Shown in pieces: positions 22,314 through 33,473 of a DNA stretch of 64,000 nucleotides. The stretch comes from a bacterium. Lineage in GTDB: Bacteria > UBA8248. Numbering within the stretch: the stretch's first letter is position 1; each line of letters starts with the position of its first letter. Under the pieces are notes generated by a model that saw nothing but the letters and a program-made list of their open reading frames with translations, searched no databases and was not told the DNA's origin. The position numbers and the translations under genes are program-made. The stretch lies in NCBI GenBank assembly GCA_965199855.1, contig OZ241326.1, forward strand, positions 2,528,001 to 2,592,000. The letters are read 5' to 3'.

Positions 22314-24629
22314 CTAAAACGCCGCGCCGATGCCCAGATGCGCTTCCCTTCTGCGCTCGCCGGTCTCCCGGTCGAGCTTGTATCCAATGTCGAAGCGCAT
22401 GGGGCCGATGGGCGTCACGATGCGCAGGCCCAGTCCGGCGCCGTAGCGCAAATCATTCACGTCGAACGCATTGCTCGTCTCCCAGACGTTTCCCGCGTCC
22501 AGGAAGGTCGCTATGTGGGTCGGGCCGATGAACGGGTGCCGCAGTTCGACGGAAACGAGGGCGGCGGAGCGCCCGCCTATCGAATTGTTCTGCGCGTCCT
22601 TGGGGCCGAGATCGTTGGAGCGAAAGCCCCGGATGGTGTGCCTGCTGCCGGCATACAGCCGGCGGAACGCGGGCAGATCGCCCTTGAACGCGTCCACGTA
22701 GCGCATGTTCCCCCTGAAGCTCGCGATGAGCTGCCGCAGCCCCCGAAGCCGGAAAGCCTCGCCTACGTTGTGATGCTGCCTGAAGTCGGCCTCGAAGGAG
22801 AACACGTCCACGTTGCCGCCCAGAACCCCGCCCGAAACAGTGGGGGAAAGGCTCCAGAGCGTTCCGCTCGTCGGGAAAATGCGGCTGTTCCGGCTGTCGT
22901 AGTAGAGCCGGGGGATGATTTTGCTTTCGGTGTAGGTTTGTCCGTCCTGCTCGCGAATCGTGGACGCCGCCGTGGCCGCGACGTTGCTGACGCGCGAGGA
23001 GGACAGCTCGTAGGCGACCGAGGCGTTCAGGAAATCGCCCAGCTCCCTGCCGACGGTGACGCGGCCGCCCTTCGTCTCGTTGTCGAAGGTCTCGAATTCC
23101 TGCTCGCCGAAAAACAGCCTGGTTCCGAGCGAGTATCCCGTGTCCCGGAAGTTGGGGTCGATGAACTCCCCGATCACGTCGAAGCGATCCTCGGAAATTC
23201 TGGAGAACAGCGAGCCGATGAAGCCCTTGCCCAGCAGATTCGACTCCCGTATCTCGCCCTGAAGATAGGCACCCTCGTCGCTGTTGACGCCGACGCCGCC
23301 CGTGATGGAGCCGGTCGGCTTCTCCTTCACCTCAATTTCGATATCGAGTATCTCGTCGCTGGCGGGCCGCCGCTTCTCGACGACCTTCACCGTCTCGAAA
23401 TACTCCGTCCGCCCGAGCCGCCGCCGCGTCAGCTCGAGGCCCTTCTTGCTGTATAAAGACCCCTCGACGACCCGGACGTTGCGGCGTATCACGTTCTCGC
23501 GGGTTCGGGTGTTGCCCTTGACCTCCACCCTGCCGATATAGACCCTCCGTCCCTCGCTGATCCGGATGGTGACGTCGACCGTCTTCTTCTCGTCGTTCGT
23601 CCTGGTGGCGGGACGAACCTCGGCGAAGGCGTAGCCGCGATTCGAGAACCGGGCGGCTATCTCCCGCACGTCGGCGATCAGGCGGCTTCTGTTGAAGACG
23701 TCGCCCTCGAAGAGAAGCATCTGCTCCCTGATCTCTTCCGTGGGGATGACGTCCTCTCCGCCGAGAATCTCGATTTTCGCGATGTCGTAGCGCAGGCCCT
23801 CGGTGATGGGTATCGTGATGTCAATCCGGCCCTTGTCGGGAGACTCGCGGACGACGGGCTGCCCGACCTGGATCCTGGCGTATCCGCGGCTCTCATATAG
23901 GAGGCGGATGCGCGCCAGGTCCCTCTGCAGCTCCTCCTCGTCGAATACGCCCGAGTTCGTAACGAAGGAGAAGAAGCCCACCTCGCTGGTCTGCATCGCC
24001 TTGAGCAGATCCCTTCGGGAGACGTTCTCGTTTCCCCGGAAGGAGATCGACTCGATGCGGACCTTCTCCCCCTCGTCGATCAGCAGGGTGACGGCCACGG
24101 CGTTTCGCCCGCTCTCCTTCAGCACGGCCTCCACGCGCGCGAAGTAGTAGCCCTGCTCCTGATACAGCTTGCGGATGTTCCGCACCGTCTCCTTGAGGAC
24201 GGATTCGTTGACGATGGTCTGGACCTTCGCCGTGACGCGCTCGCGGATTTTCTCGTCTTCCACGTTGTTGTTGCCGATGATTTCAATCTTGTTGATCGTG
24301 GGCTTCTCGGCGATCCGATAAACGACGCGGAGGCCGCCCTCGAGAGACTCCACCTGCACCCTGACGTCCCGGAAGAACCCCAGTCCGTATATGGTCCGCA
24401 CGTCCTCGCGTATCTGCCTGACCAGCTCCACGTTCGTGTAGCCCTGGCCTTCCTTCAGCCGGACGTAGAACAGAACCGTGGAGCGATCGACGCGGCGGTT
24501 TCCCTCGACCTCGATGGCCCGGACCGTGATGGCCGGCGAGGGCGCCTGCCCCATCGCCTCGTGAGAGGCGGCGGCGAGCGCCGAGAGGGCCACAAAGGCG
24601 CAGGCGAACGCCTTCACCGCGCAGCGCAT
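22314..24629 (-). CDS. bamA: Outer membrane protein assembly factor BamA
   Basis: POTRA repeats (IEVEGNRR, GNTRTRENVIRR), IRGF motif, TPIGPMRFD and C-terminal Phe. Confidence 0.95.
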   Translation of the reverse strand: MRCAVKAFACAFVALSALAAASHEAMGQAPSPAITVRAIEVEGNRRVDRSTVLFYVRLKEGQGYTNVELVRQIREDVRTIYGLGFFRDVRVQVESLEGGLRVVYRIAEKPTINKIEIIGNNNVEDEKIRERVTAKVQTIVNESVLKETVRNIRKLYQEQGYYFARVEAVLKESGRNAVAVTLLIDEGEKVRIESISFRGNENVSRRDLLKAMQTSEVGFFSFVTNSGVFDEEELQRDLARIRLLYESRGYARIQVGQPVVRESPDKGRIDITIPITEGLRYDIAKIEILGGEDVIPTEEIREQMLLFEGDVFNRSRLIADVREIAARFSNRGYAFAEVRPATRTNDEKKTVDVTIRISEGRRVYIGRVEVKGNTRTRENVIRRNVRVVEGSLYSKKGLELTRRRLGRTEYFETVKVVEKRRPASDEILDIEIEVKEKPTGSITGGVGVNSDEGAYLQGEIRESNLLGKGFIGSLFSRISEDRFDVIGEFIDPNFRDTGYSLGTRLFFGEQEFETFDNETKGGRVTVGRELGDFLNASVAYELSSSRVSNVAATAASTIREQDGQTYTESKIIPRLYYDSRNSRIFPTSGTLWSLSPTVSGGVLGGNVDVFSFEADFRQHHNVGEAFRLRGLRQLIASFRGNMRYVDAFKGDLPAFRRLYAGSRHTIRGFRSNDLGPKDAQNNSIGGRSAALVSVELRHPFIGPTHIATFLDAGNVWETSNAFDVNDLRYGAGLGLRIVTPIGPMRFDIGYKLDRETGERRREAHLGIGAAF

Positions 24630-24680
24630 CAGGACGCCTCGCGAGGGCGAAAAGGGGGCGGTTTCAGCAATTCGATGAAG

Positions 24681-27125
24681 CTACAGGTCCTGGACACTGA
24701 GCACTTCCGCGTCTTCCTTGAGCTCGAACACCAGCTCGTCCCCGGCCAGCTTCGCCAGAATCGTTCCGCCGTCCTGGAACTTGCCGTGCAAAACCTCTTC
24801 GCTGAGGGTGTCCTCGATGTGCCTCTGGATGACGCGCCGCAGCGGCCTCGCCCCGTAGGACGGCTCGAAGCCCTGCCGGGCGATCCAGTCCTTGGCCTCT
24901 TCGCTGAGCTCGACCCGCATCTCTTTTTCCAGCAGCGTCTCGTTGACCTTGGCGATTTCGATGTCCACGATCTTGAGGATGTCCTCGTGGGCCAGGGGAC
25001 GGAAGATGATCACGTCGTCGATGCGGTTCAGGAACTCGGGATTGAAGGTGCGCTTCAGCTCATCGCGGATGCTGTCCTTGATCCTGTCGAAGCCGAGGCC
25101 CGCGTCCGCCTTCTGGAAGCCCAGGGTCGTCCCCTTCTCGATGGAGCGCGCCGCCAGGTTCGAGGTCATGATGATGATGGTGTTCTTGAAGTCGATGTTG
25201 CGGCCGTAGCTGTCCGTCAGCAGGCCGTCGTCCATCACCTGCAGCAGAACGTGATAGACGTCGGGGTGGGCCTTCTCGATTTCATCGAGCAGCACGACGG
25301 AGTAGGGCTTTCTGCGGACGCGCTCGGTGAGCTGCCCCCCCTCTTCATACCCCACGTAGCCGGGGGGCGCCCCGGTGAGGCGGGAGACGTTGAACCTCTC
25401 CATGTATTCGCTCATGTCGATGCGGATGAGCGCGGTCGGATCGCCGAACATGAACTGGGCGAGCATTCTGGCCATCTCGGTCTTGCCCACGCCGGTCGGG
25501 CCCAGGAACAGGAAGCTGCCGATCGGCCTCTTCGGGCCCTTGAGGCCCGCCCGCGCCCGGCGAACCGCCTTCGTCAGGGCGCGCGTAGCCTCCTCCTGCC
25601 CGATGATGCGGCCGTTCAGCTCCTCCTCCATGCGGAGAAGGCGCTCGTTCTCCACCTCTCCGATGCGCTGGAGCGGGATGCCCGTCATGCGGCTCACCAC
25701 GTAGGCCACGTCGTCCTCGGTGACGAGCGGCTCCTCGTCCGTCTGGCCCGCTTCCCACTCCGCCTTCAGCTCGTCGAGCCTGCCCCTGTCCTGCTCCTCC
25801 TGGTCGCGCAGCTCGACGGCCTTCTCGAAGTCCTGCTTTTCGATCATGTCCTTCTTGACGCGCACCGTCTCCTCGATCTGGCGCTGGAGGTCGCGGATGT
25901 TGCTCGGGAAGGTCTCCTTCTCGAGACGAACCTTGCTGCACGCCTCGTCGATGACGTCTATCGCCTTGTCCGGCAGGAAGCGATCCGACACGTATTGCGA
26001 GGAGAGGCGAACGGCGGAGACGATCGCGTCCTCGGTCAGCTGCGCGCGGTGGTGCTTCTCGTATTTGTCCTTGAGTCCCTTGAGGATGCTCACGGTGTCG
26101 TCGGCGGAGGGCGGATCGACCATCACACTCTGGAAGCGGCGCTCCAGGGCGCCGTTCTTCTCGATGTATTTCCGGTATTCATCCAGCGTGGTGGCGCCGA
26201 TGCACTGAATCTCTCCGCGGCTGAGGGCGGGCTTCAGCATGTTGGAGGCGTCGATGGAGCCTTCCGCCGCGCCCGCGCCCACCAGGGTATGCAGCTCGTC
26301 GATGAAGACGATCACGTCCCGGCTCTGCGTGATCTCCTTCATGATGGCCTTCAGGCGCGCCTCGAACTGCCCGCGATACTTCGTCCCCGCCACCAGGGCG
26401 CCCAGATCGAGCTGAACCACGCGCTTGCCGTAGAGAATCTGGGGCACTTCCTTCGAGACGATGGACTGGGCCAGGCCCTCGACGATCGCCGTCTTCCCGA
26501 CGCCGGGCTCGCCTATCAGGACGGGGTTGTTCTTCGTTCTGCGCGCGAGAATCTGGATGACGCGCTCGATTTCCCCCTCCCGCCCGATGACGGGGTCCAG
26601 CTTCCCCTCGTCCGCGAACTCCGTGAGGTCGCGTCCGAACTCATCGAGCGCCGGCGTCTTGCTCTTCTCGCGCGAGCGCGCCGCCACCGGCTCCCTGAGC
26701 AGGTTGATGGTCTGCTCGCGCGTCTGCTGGAGCTTGACGCCGAAGCTGGCCAGAATCTTGGCCGCCAGGCCGTCCTTCTCGCGGACGATCCCCAGCAGGA
26801 GGTGCTCGGTTCCGATGTAGTTGTGCCCCATCAGCCGCGCCTCCTCCACGGCGTATTCGAGCACCTTCTTCGCCTTCGGGGTGAAGGGAATGTCCCCCTC
26901 CACGGGGCCGCTCAGACTCTTGGGGAGGTTGCGCTCAAGCTCCAGCCGGAGCTGCTTGGGATCGACGCCCAGCTTCTGGAGGACGGCGATGGCGATTCCG
27001 CCCCCGTCCTTCAGCACGCCGAGGAGAACGTGCTCGGTTCCCAGATACTCGTGCCGGTAGCGCTCCGCCTCCTCTCTCGCCAGAATGATGACTTTGCGGG
27101 CGCGCTCGGTGAATCGCTTGAACAT
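24681..27125 (-). CDS. clpC: ATP-dependent Clp protease ATPase subunit ClpC
   Basis: [11 protein letters not shown] Clp-N repeats, two AAA+ modules ([16 protein letters not shown]), a short UVR-like M domain and an LGF ClpP-docking loop. Confidence 0.92.
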   Translation of the reverse strand: MFKRFTERARKVIILAREEAERYRHEYLGTEHVLLGVLKDGGGIAIAVLQKLGVDPKQLRLELERNLPKSLSGPVEGDIPFTPKAKKVLEYAVEEARLMGHNYIGTEHLLLGIVREKDGLAAKILASFGVKLQQTREQTINLLREPVAARSREKSKTPALDEFGRDLTEFADEGKLDPVIGREGEIERVIQILARRTKNNPVLIGEPGVGKTAIVEGLAQSIVSKEVPQILYGKRVVQLDLGALVAGTKYRGQFEARLKAIMKEITQSRDVIVFIDELHTLVGAGAAEGSIDASNMLKPALSRGEIQCIGATTLDEYRKYIEKNGALERRFQSVMVDPPSADDTVSILKGLKDKYEKHHRAQLTEDAIVSAVRLSSQYVSDRFLPDKAIDVIDEACSKVRLEKETFPSNIRDLQRQIEETVRVKKDMIEKQDFEKAVELRDQEEQDRGRLDELKAEWEAGQTDEEPLVTEDDVAYVVSRMTGIPLQRIGEVENERLLRMEEELNGRIIGQEEATRALTKAVRRARAGLKGPKRPIGSFLFLGPTGVGKTEMARMLAQFMFGDPTALIRIDMSEYMERFNVSRLTGAPPGYVGYEEGGQLTERVRRKPYSVVLLDEIEKAHPDVYHVLLQVMDDGLLTDSYGRNIDFKNTIIIMTSNLAARSIEKGTTLGFQKADAGLGFDRIKDSIRDELKRTFNPEFLNRIDDVIIFRPLAHEDILKIVDIEIAKVNETLLEKEMRVELSEEAKDWIARQGFEPSYGARPLRRVIQRHIEDTLSEEVLHGKFQDGGTILAKLAGDELVFELKEDAEVLSVQDL

Positions 27126-27135
27126 ACGGCCCTCC

Positions 27136-27870
27136 TTACCTGGTCCGGGCTATTTTTCCGTCCACCACGACGACGACGCGATCCATTCTTTCCGCCATCG
27201 AACTGTTGTGCGTCGCCGCCAGAATCGTCTGCCCGCTCTCTTCGTTAATCTCCTGAAGCAGCTCGAATATCGTCTCCGCGGTCGATGAGTCCAGGTTCCC
27301 GGTGGGCTCGTCCGCGAGGACTACGGAAGGATTGTTCATCAACGCGCGGGCGATGGCAACCCTCTGCTGCTCTCCGCCGGAGAGCTCGCCCGGGCGATGG
27401 CGCCATCTGTCCGCCAGCCCCACCCGGCCCAGCAATTCCCGCGCCCGCTCCTCCGCTTCCTTTTTCCGGGCGCCGCGAATCAGCCCGGGCATCATAACAT
27501 TTTCCAGGCCGGAAAACTCCGGCAACAGGTGGTGAAACTGGAACACGAAGCCCACGCGCTCATTTCGCAGCCGCGCCAATTCCGCTTCCGAGCAGCCGGA
27601 GAGGCTTCTGCCCGCCAGAATCACCTCGCCTCTCGTCGGCCTGTCGAGGGCGCCCAGCAGGTGAAGCAGGGTGCTTTTCCCCGCTCCCGAAACGCCCATG
27701 ACGGCCACCATCTCGCCGCGGCCGACCGCGAGATCGACCCCGCTCAGAGCCGCCACCTCGCCGCCGCCCATCGCGTAGGTCTTCTCGAGTCCCCGGGCGG
27801 CGACGGCCTGCGGCGGCGCGTCTTCTTCCGCGGCGCGTTCCGCCGCCGCCGACGCGCCCGAATCAGCCAT
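27136..27870 (-). CDS. lolD: Lipoprotein-releasing ABC ATPase
   Basis: [29 protein letters not shown] and [10 protein letters not shown]. Start refined to 27870. Confidence 0.92.
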   Translation of the reverse strand: MADSGASAAAERAAEEDAPPQAVAARGLEKTYAMGGGEVAALSGVDLAVGRGEMVAVMGVSGAGKSTLLHLLGALDRPTRGEVILAGRSLSGCSEAELARLRNERVGFVFQFHHLLPEFSGLENVMMPGLIRGARKKEAEERARELLGRVGLADRWRHRPGELSGGEQQRVAIARALMNNPSVVLADEPTGNLDSSTAETIFELLQEINEESGQTILAATHNSSMAERMDRVVVVVDGKIARTR

Positions 27871-29131
27871 AGCGGAGGCTTTCCACCGGATCGACGCGAG
27901 AGGCGCGCCACGCGGGATAAAGCGTCGCCGCCAGGCAGATGAGAAAAGCGGCCGCCGCCGTAAGGGAGACGTCAAAAGGCGTCATCCGCACCGGCAATTC
28001 CTCGATATGATAGACGCTGGGGGGCAGGATGTCCAGACCGAACGCGCGCTCCAGGAAATCCTCAACCACGTGGAGGTTCCATCCCAGGACGAGGCCCCCG
28101 ACGACTCCCAGCGCGGCGCCCGTGAAGCCGATGAAGGCGCCCTGAACGAAGAAAATCCTCAGAACGGCGCCGCCCGTCGCCCCCATCGACTTCAATATCG
28201 CGATTTCGCGCCCCTTTTCCATCACCACCATGACGAGCGAGCCTATGATGTTGAAGGCGGCGACGACGACGACGAGAAGAAGAAGGATGGTCAGCGTGGT
28301 TTTTTCCGTTTTCAGCGCGGAGAACAGATGCCTGTTCATCTGCTGCCAGGAGCGCGACCAATACGCCCCCGAGAGCGCGCCCTGAATCCGGCGGGAAACG
28401 CGCTCGGCCGAGAAAATATCCTTAACGCGCAGATGCACGCCCGATACGGCGTCGCCGAACCCGAAGAATTTCTGGGCCTCCCGCATGGAGATGAAGGCGA
28501 GCCCGGCGTCGTATTGATAAAACCCGCTCTGGAAGACGCCCGCCACCCGGAACTTTTTCGTCCGGGGCACCAGGCCCATCGGGGTAACCGCCCCCACGGG
28601 GCTGACCATCGTCACCGAATCGCCCGCCCCGAGGCGCAGGCTCTTGGCGAGCTCGGCCCCCAGAATGACGCCGGGCGCGCCGCCCGCCCCGCCTTTTTCC
28701 GCGGCAAGCTCCTTCAGCGAGGCGTCCTCCATGTATCTCCTGATGTCCGTCACATGAACCTCGAGGGCGGGGTCGATTCCGCGCACCACCGAGCCCGTCA
28801 CCCGCCCCTCGGCCGAGAACATGGCCTGTCCATAGACGAAAGGACTCGCCGCCGACACCCCCGCCTGCCCGCGAACCCTCCGGAGGACGTCCCGCCATTC
28901 GTTCATCAGCGCGTCGCCCGACCTCACCACGACGACATGGCTTTGCGTCCCCAGAATTTTTTCCCGGAACTCGCGCTGGAACCCCGTCATCACCCCCACG
29001 ACGACGATGAGGGTGGCGACGCCCAGCGCGACTCCCAGCACCGATATCCAGGTAGTGAGCGAGATGAAGGCGAGCTTGCTCCGCGAACGCAGGTGTCTGA
29101 GACCGATGAACAGCTCCGTGGACAGCGGCAT
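27863..29131 (-). CDS. Lipoprotein-releasing ABC permease (single LolC/E, LolF-type)
   Basis: ELFIGLRHLRS, GVALGVATLIVVVGVMTGF, REIAILKSMGA and YPAWRASRVDP. Start refined to 29131. Confidence 0.9.
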   Translation of the reverse strand: MPLSTELFIGLRHLRSRSKLAFISLTTWISVLGVALGVATLIVVVGVMTGFQREFREKILGTQSHVVVVRSGDALMNEWRDVLRRVRGQAGVSAASPFVYGQAMFSAEGRVTGSVVRGIDPALEVHVTDIRRYMEDASLKELAAEKGGAGGAPGVILGAELAKSLRLGAGDSVTMVSPVGAVTPMGLVPRTKKFRVAGVFQSGFYQYDAGLAFISMREAQKFFGFGDAVSGVHLRVKDIFSAERVSRRIQGALSGAYWSRSWQQMNRHLFSALKTEKTTLTILLLLVVVVAAFNIIGSLVMVVMEKGREIAILKSMGATGGAVLRIFFVQGAFIGFTGAALGVVGGLVLGWNLHVVEDFLERAFGLDILPPSVYHIEELPVRMTPFDVSLTAAAAFLICLAATLYPAWRASRVDPVESLRYG

Positions 29132-29133
29132 CT

Positions 29134-30696
29134 TCAGCCCTGACGCCTCCGCATGAGGGGAAAAAGAATCACGTCCCGAATCGAATGCGAATTCGTCAGC
29201 AGCATCGCGAGCCGGTCGATTCCGATCCCCTCGCCCGCCGCGGGCGGCAGGCCGTATTCCAGGGCCTCGATATAGTCCCGATCCATCTCGTGGGCTTCCT
29301 CGTCGCCCGCGGCCCTCGCCGCCTCCTGCTCCTCGAAGCGCGCGCGCTGATCGTCCGGGTCGTTCAGTTCCGTATAGGCGTTGGCGATCTCGCGTCCGGC
29401 GATGATGAGCTCGAACCGCTCCGCCGTATCGGGGTCGTCCTCCCTGCTCTTCGCCAGCGGCGAAAGCGCCTTGGGAAAATCGTGAATGAAGGTGGGCTGC
29501 CTGAGCTTCGGCTCCACCAGCTCCTCGAACAGATACTCGAGGACGCGCGCGTGGCTCATCCCGTCCGGTATGGGGTAGCCCTTCGGAGCGGCGACCTCCC
29601 GCGCGAAAAGGCGCGCCCTCTCCTCGTCTTCGAGAACGTCGCCGGGGGCGCCGCCCACCTCCGCGATGGAGGCCCGCCACTCATGCCTCGCCCAGGGCGC
29701 GCGGAAGGAGATTTCCTCGTCCCCATACCGCAGCGCGTCCCCGCCCAGAATCTCCCGCGCCAGCGCGCCCAGCATCTCCTCCGTCAGGCGCATCAGGTCG
29801 CCGTAGTCGGCATACGCCATATAGAATTCGAGCATCGTGAATTCCGGGTTGTGCTGCGTGGATATGCCCTCGTTCCTGAAGTTGCGGCTGATCTCATAGA
29901 CGCGATCCATGCCGCCGACCACCAGGCGCTTGAGGTAGAGCTCGGGCGCCACGCGGAGATACAGCGGCATTTCCAGCGCGTTGTGGTAGGTCTCGAACGG
30001 CCGCGCCGCCGCGCCGCCGGCGACGGCCTGCATCATCGGGGTTTCGACCTCGAGAAAATCCATGTCGTCCAGAAAGCGGCGCATCGCCTGAATCATCCGC
30101 GCGCGCGCGCGAAACGCCTCGGCCGCGTCCGGATTCGCTATCAGGTCCACGTAGCGCCGCCGGTAGCGCGCCTCCACGCTCTGGAGGCCGTGCCATTTCT
30201 CGGGCAGCGGCCGCAGGCTCTTCGTCAGGAGGCTTATCCGGCGCGCCCGGATGGAGAGCTCCCCCGTCCGCGTGCGGAACACGCCGCCCTCCGCCCCTAC
30301 GATGTCGCCGATGTCGAGCTCCCTGGCGAAGCGAAAGGCCTCCTCGCCGACCTCGTTCATCCGGATGAACAGCTGGATGCGCCCCGTCCCGTCCCGCAGA
30401 TCGACGAAGGCGACTTTCCCCTGCACCCGCCTGGCGATGATTCTGCCCGCCGCCGCGAAGCGCGCCTCCCGCGCCTCGTCGAAGCCGTCCTCCGGAACGC
30501 CGCGAAACTCCCGAACGATGTCGCCGATCCGGTGCGTCGTCTCGAAGCGGTTCACGAAAGGGTTGACCCCCGAGGCGCGAAGCTCCCCGAGTTTCTTGCG
30601 CCGCCGCCGGATCAGGACGTTTTCGTCGTCCCGCTCGTCCGGCGCCGCCGCCTCGTCCGCCGCAGGGCCGCTCATCGCGCCTCCCCTTTCATTCAT
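29134..30696 (-). CDS. lysS: Lysine-tRNA ligase (class II)
   Basis: [31 protein letters not shown] and GEGIGIDRL. Confidence 0.97.
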   Translation of the reverse strand: MNERGGAMSGPAADEAAAPDERDDENVLIRRRRKKLGELRASGVNPFVNRFETTHRIGDIVREFRGVPEDGFDEAREARFAAAGRIIARRVQGKVAFVDLRDGTGRIQLFIRMNEVGEEAFRFARELDIGDIVGAEGGVFRTRTGELSIRARRISLLTKSLRPLPEKWHGLQSVEARYRRRYVDLIANPDAAEAFRARARMIQAMRRFLDDMDFLEVETPMMQAVAGGAAARPFETYHNALEMPLYLRVAPELYLKRLVVGGMDRVYEISRNFRNEGISTQHNPEFTMLEFYMAYADYGDLMRLTEEMLGALAREILGGDALRYGDEEISFRAPWARHEWRASIAEVGGAPGDVLEDEERARLFAREVAAPKGYPIPDGMSHARVLEYLFEELVEPKLRQPTFIHDFPKALSPLAKSREDDPDTAERFELIIAGREIANAYTELNDPDDQRARFEEQEAARAAGDEEAHEMDRDYIEALEYGLPPAAGEGIGIDRLAMLLTNSHSIRDVILFPLMRRRQG

Positions 30697-30738
30697 CCGG
30701 AGAAATTCCCGTCTTTCCGCCCGCCCCGCGCCCGACGG

Positions 30739-31861
30739 TCAGGCGCGCGCGCCCGCCTTCGCCTCTATCAGGGAGAGGAGGTAGGCGTCGATAAACGGGT
30801 CGATGCTCCCGTCCAGCACGGCGTTCACGTCGGAGCGCTCCGCGCCGGTGCGGTGATCCTTCACCATCCGGTACGGGTGCAGTATGTAGGAGCGAATCTG
30901 GCTCCCGAATCCTATCGTCTTCTTCAGGGCGTGCTGCGCCTCCTTCTCCGCTTCGCGCTTCCGCTTCTCCCGCTCATACAGCTGAGCGCGGAGCAGCTTC
31001 ATGGCGGTGGCGCGGTTCTTGTGCTGGCTTCTCTCGTTCTGGCACGAGACCACGATGCTCGTCGGCAGGTGGGTAATCCGCACGGCGGAGTCCGTGGTGT
31101 TCACGTGCTGGCCGCCGGCGCCGGAGCTTCTGAACACGTCGATTCTCAGGTCGTTCTCGTCAATCTCGATTTCCACGTCATCCGACACTTCAGGGGCGAC
31201 GTCCACGGAAGCGAACGAGGTGTGCCGCTTCGAGCTGGCGTCGAAGGGCGAGATTCTTATCAGGCGATGCACGCCCACTTCCGCCCGAAGGTATCCGTAG
31301 GCGTAGTCTCCCCGGATGATCAGGGTGGCGTTCTTGACGCCCGCCTCCTCCCCCTCGAGAAGGGAGACGAGGCGCGCCTGGTAGCCCCTCTCCTCCGCCC
31401 ACCTCGCGTACATGCGAAAGAGCATCTCGGCCCAGTCCTGGCTCTCGACGCCGCCCGCGCCCGCGTTCACGGAGAGGATGGCGTTGGCCCTGTCCTCCCC
31501 GGAGTCCATGACGAGCTGAAACTCCAGCCGCTCCGTCCGCGCCAGAAGGGAGGCGAGGGCGCTCTCGACGTCGCCCAAGAGCTCCCTTTCGGACGCCTCC
31601 TCCATTTCGAGAAGCTGGAGAAGCTCCTTCTGCTCCCCGAGATCGCCGCTCAGGCTCTCCCAGCCGCGAATCGTCTTCTGAAGAGAGGCGCGCCGCCGCA
31701 GCGTCTTCTGCGCGGCCTCGGGGTCGCTCCAGAAGTCCGCCTCCCCGGCGCGCCTGTCCAGCCCGGCGCGCTCCGCTTCCAGGCGATCGAGGTCAAAGCC
31801 GCCCCCGCAGTTCGAGGAGGCGCGCCTCCAGCTGCTCGCATTTCCTGCGCAACTCTTCCAT
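30739..31861 (-). CDS. prfB: Peptide chain release factor 2 with programmed +1 frameshift
   Basis: A 22-codon leader [22 protein letters not shown] ends in CTT TGA C (31792-31798), preceded by a G-rich SD-like stretch. The +1 frame continues DLDRLEAE...[10 protein letters not shown] into the SPF and GGQ motifs. Confidence 0.97.
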
Positions 31862-31925
31862 GGTATCTCCCATCCTTCCGAAGCCGGCCTCTCGGCCTGG
31901 ACGCGCGGCGTCCGCCCGGGCGGTT

Positions 31926-33473
31926 CTATTCATCATACCACATCCGGGGGCCCGTCCTGGAGCGATACAGCAGAAGCGCCGCCCCGGAAAAGAAGACGCA
32001 CGCATACGCGAACAGGTCGCCCATTCGGGCGTATGCGCTCGGCGGGCCCTTTTTCAGCGAAACGGCGTCGGCGCGCGTCCACTCCTCGAACAGGGGGCTT
32101 CGCCGCCGAATCGCCCCGGTGGGCTCGATCAGCGCGCTGATCCCCGTATTGGCCGCGCGAACGATCGGCATCCGGAATTCCACCGCCCGGAACGCCACCA
32201 TCGCCAGATGCTGCTCGGAGGCCGCCGTTTTCCCGAACCAGGCGTCGTTCGTGATGTTGACGAGAAACTGCGCGTCCCGCATCCGCCTCGCCACGCGGGG
32301 GAAAATCGCCTCGAAGCAGATCAGGACGCCGAACCTGCCCGGAGCGGCGTCGAATATCGTGGGGTCGTCCCCGGGCCGGAACGTCCCGATCACCGGTGCC
32401 AGACTCCTCACGAAAAACAGCAGGTCGCCCAGCGGAACGTACTCGCCGAAGGGAAGCAGGTGCATCTTGTCGTATCGCCCCAGTTCCTCGCCGCCCGGGC
32501 CCGCGAGATACGCCGAATTCGTCAGCGCCGACGTCCCTCCCAGGTCGCGCTCCCCGAGGACGCCGAACAGCAGATAGGCGTTCGTCTCCCGCGCGAGGCG
32601 GCGAATATACTCCCTCCTGTCCGCCTGCCGCTCATAGACGAAGGGCGCCGCCGCCTCCGGCCAGACGATGAGGGGGGGAGCCGACGGCCCGTTTTTCGGA
32701 AAGCGGCTCCTGAGCTCCTTCGTCAGCCTTCCCATCTTCTCGACGATGGCCTTCTGCCACCGGGGAGACCACTTCACGGACTGATCCACGTTTCCCTGGA
32801 CGATGCCCACCGGGCGCGGCGCGGCCCGCGCCTCCAGAGGGACTTCGGCGATCCGCAGCCAGCCGTAGCCCAGCGCGCCCGCCGCCACGAGCGAAGCGGA
32901 TGCGATCACGGCCCAGGGCGCCCGCCGCGGATAGCGAAAGAAATGCCAAATCGCCGCGTTGACGAACACGACGAGGAACGAAACCCCGTATACGCCCGTC
33001 AGATCGGCGATTTGAATGACGTACAGGGAGCGGTACTGGCTGTAGCCCAGCAGCGCCCACGGGAAGCCGGACAGGGCGTAGGCGCGCGCCAGCTCCAGGG
33101 AGACCCAGAGAGGCGCCGCCGCGAAAAGCGCGAGAAGCGAGCCGCCCGCCCGCATCCGGACCATGAAAAACGCGAACAGCGCGGGATACAGCGCCAGATA
33201 CGCCGCGAGAACGCCGGTAATCGCCCACGCGAGCGGGGCGGACAGACCGCCGTAGGCGGCCATGGAAATCTTCACCCACCAGATGGTGATTCCGAAGGAA
33301 ACCAGCCCGGTCAGCAGCCCCAGCGCGAACGCCTCGTGCGCCTTTCGGCCCTCGAGCGCCCACAAAAGCGGAACGAGCGCGACCCAGGCGAGAACCTCGA
33401 ACCGAAACGGCGGAAACAGGGAGGCCAGCAGAAGCCCCGAAAATATGGCGTACTCCGCGCTTCTCGACTTCAA
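31926..33473 (-). CDS. lnt: Apolipoprotein N-acyltransferase
   Basis: GFPWALLGY, VQGNV, VWPEAA, YDKMHLLPFGEY, LICFE and NITNDAWFG. Start refined to TTG at 33473. Confidence 0.95.
   Translation of the reverse strand: MKSRSAEYAIFSGLLLASLFPPFRFEVLAWVALVPLLWALEGRKAHEAFALGLLTGLVSFGITIWWVKISMAAYGGLSAPLAWAITGVLAAYLALYPALFAFFMVRMRAGGSLLALFAAAPLWVSLELARAYALSGFPWALLGYSQYRSLYVIQIADLTGVYGVSFLVVFVNAAIWHFFRYPRRAPWAVIASASLVAAGALGYGWLRIAEVPLEARAAPRPVGIVQGNVDQSVKWSPRWQKAIVEKMGRLTKELRSRFPKNGPSAPPLIVWPEAAAPFVYERQADRREYIRRLARETNAYLLFGVLGERDLGGTSALTNSAYLAGPGGEELGRYDKMHLLPFGEYVPLGDLLFFVRSLAPVIGTFRPGDDPTIFDAAPGRFGVLICFEAIFPRVARRMRDAQFLVNITNDAWFGKTAASEQHLAMVAFRAVEFRMPIVRAANTGISALIEPTGAIRRRSPLFEEWTRADAVSLKKGPPSAYARMGDLFAYACVFFSGAALLLYRSRTGPRMWYDE

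Noticed and set aside
24561-27248. 895-aa plus-strand ORF
   Set aside because: Codon-aligned antisense shadow of clpC.
29185-32577. 1130-aa plus-strand ORF
   Set aside because: Antisense to lysS, prfB and lnt; Arg/Pro/His-rich shadow translation.
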